Assembly (NCBI RefSeq): GCF_006345805.1
Contig: NC_043010.1
Location: 26,598,001 to 26,662,000 of the forward strand
Length of the DNA stretch: 64,000 nt
Direction: 5' to 3'
Source: Octopus sinensis
Taxonomy: Eukaryota
Below the pieces are notes generated by a model. It searched no databases, was not told the DNA's origin, and saw only the letters and a program-made list of their open reading frames with translations. Of this stretch, positions 63,806-64,000 are shown piece after piece (within the stretch, counting starts at the first letter, position 1; the number at the start of each line of letters is the position of its first letter). A program made the position numbers and the translations under genes.

Positions 63806-64000
63806 TACATCTTGATCTCACACTCATTTTCATCATGTGCTTATAATGATCCTCCACACACATTAATAATATGTAGGATCACTTGACCCTACTTAGATCT
63901 ACACAGACACCGAATCTATGTTCATCTTAGCTCCATGCAGATCTTGATCCTAACGCACCATGATCTCACATACATCTTGACGATATGCTTATTGTGATCC

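Overview
AT-rich, microsatellite-dense eukaryotic non-coding DNA, most likely from an octopod cephalopod (inferred from the tRNA-derived SINE repertoire; not verifiable without a search). No intact host protein-coding gene could be identified, and most ORFs in the supplied track are translations of (TA)n/(CA)n/(TAA)n/(CAT)n microsatellites. The window is a layered transposon graveyard. It holds three groups of tRNA-derived SINEs and an RTE LINE (48877-52670, -) interrupted at a TA by a D,D34D mariner. It also holds an RTE-BovB-like 3' fragment with three C2H2-like fingers, R4/Dong-type LINE ends stacked in (TAA)n tracts, two Penelope-like (GIY-YIG) remnants, a duplicated DD37D/maT-like element, a TTAA-flanked piggyBac-like element nested in a SINE, several foldback elements and a 32-bp minisatellite. 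The most striking signal is a dense set of minimal type-I hammerhead ribozyme motifs: about 8 sequence-unrelated families and more than 15 copies, many in inverted (foldback) Penelope-like insertions. They include non-canonical core variants (U6, C4, U3:A8) and one TSD-bounded element that links a Pol III B-box to a hammerhead. Other points of interest are a 555-bp (TAA)n-embedded element of unknown class and exact local copies of 105-148 bp embedded in (TA)n tracts. All motifs were found by eye and coordinates may be off by a few bases.
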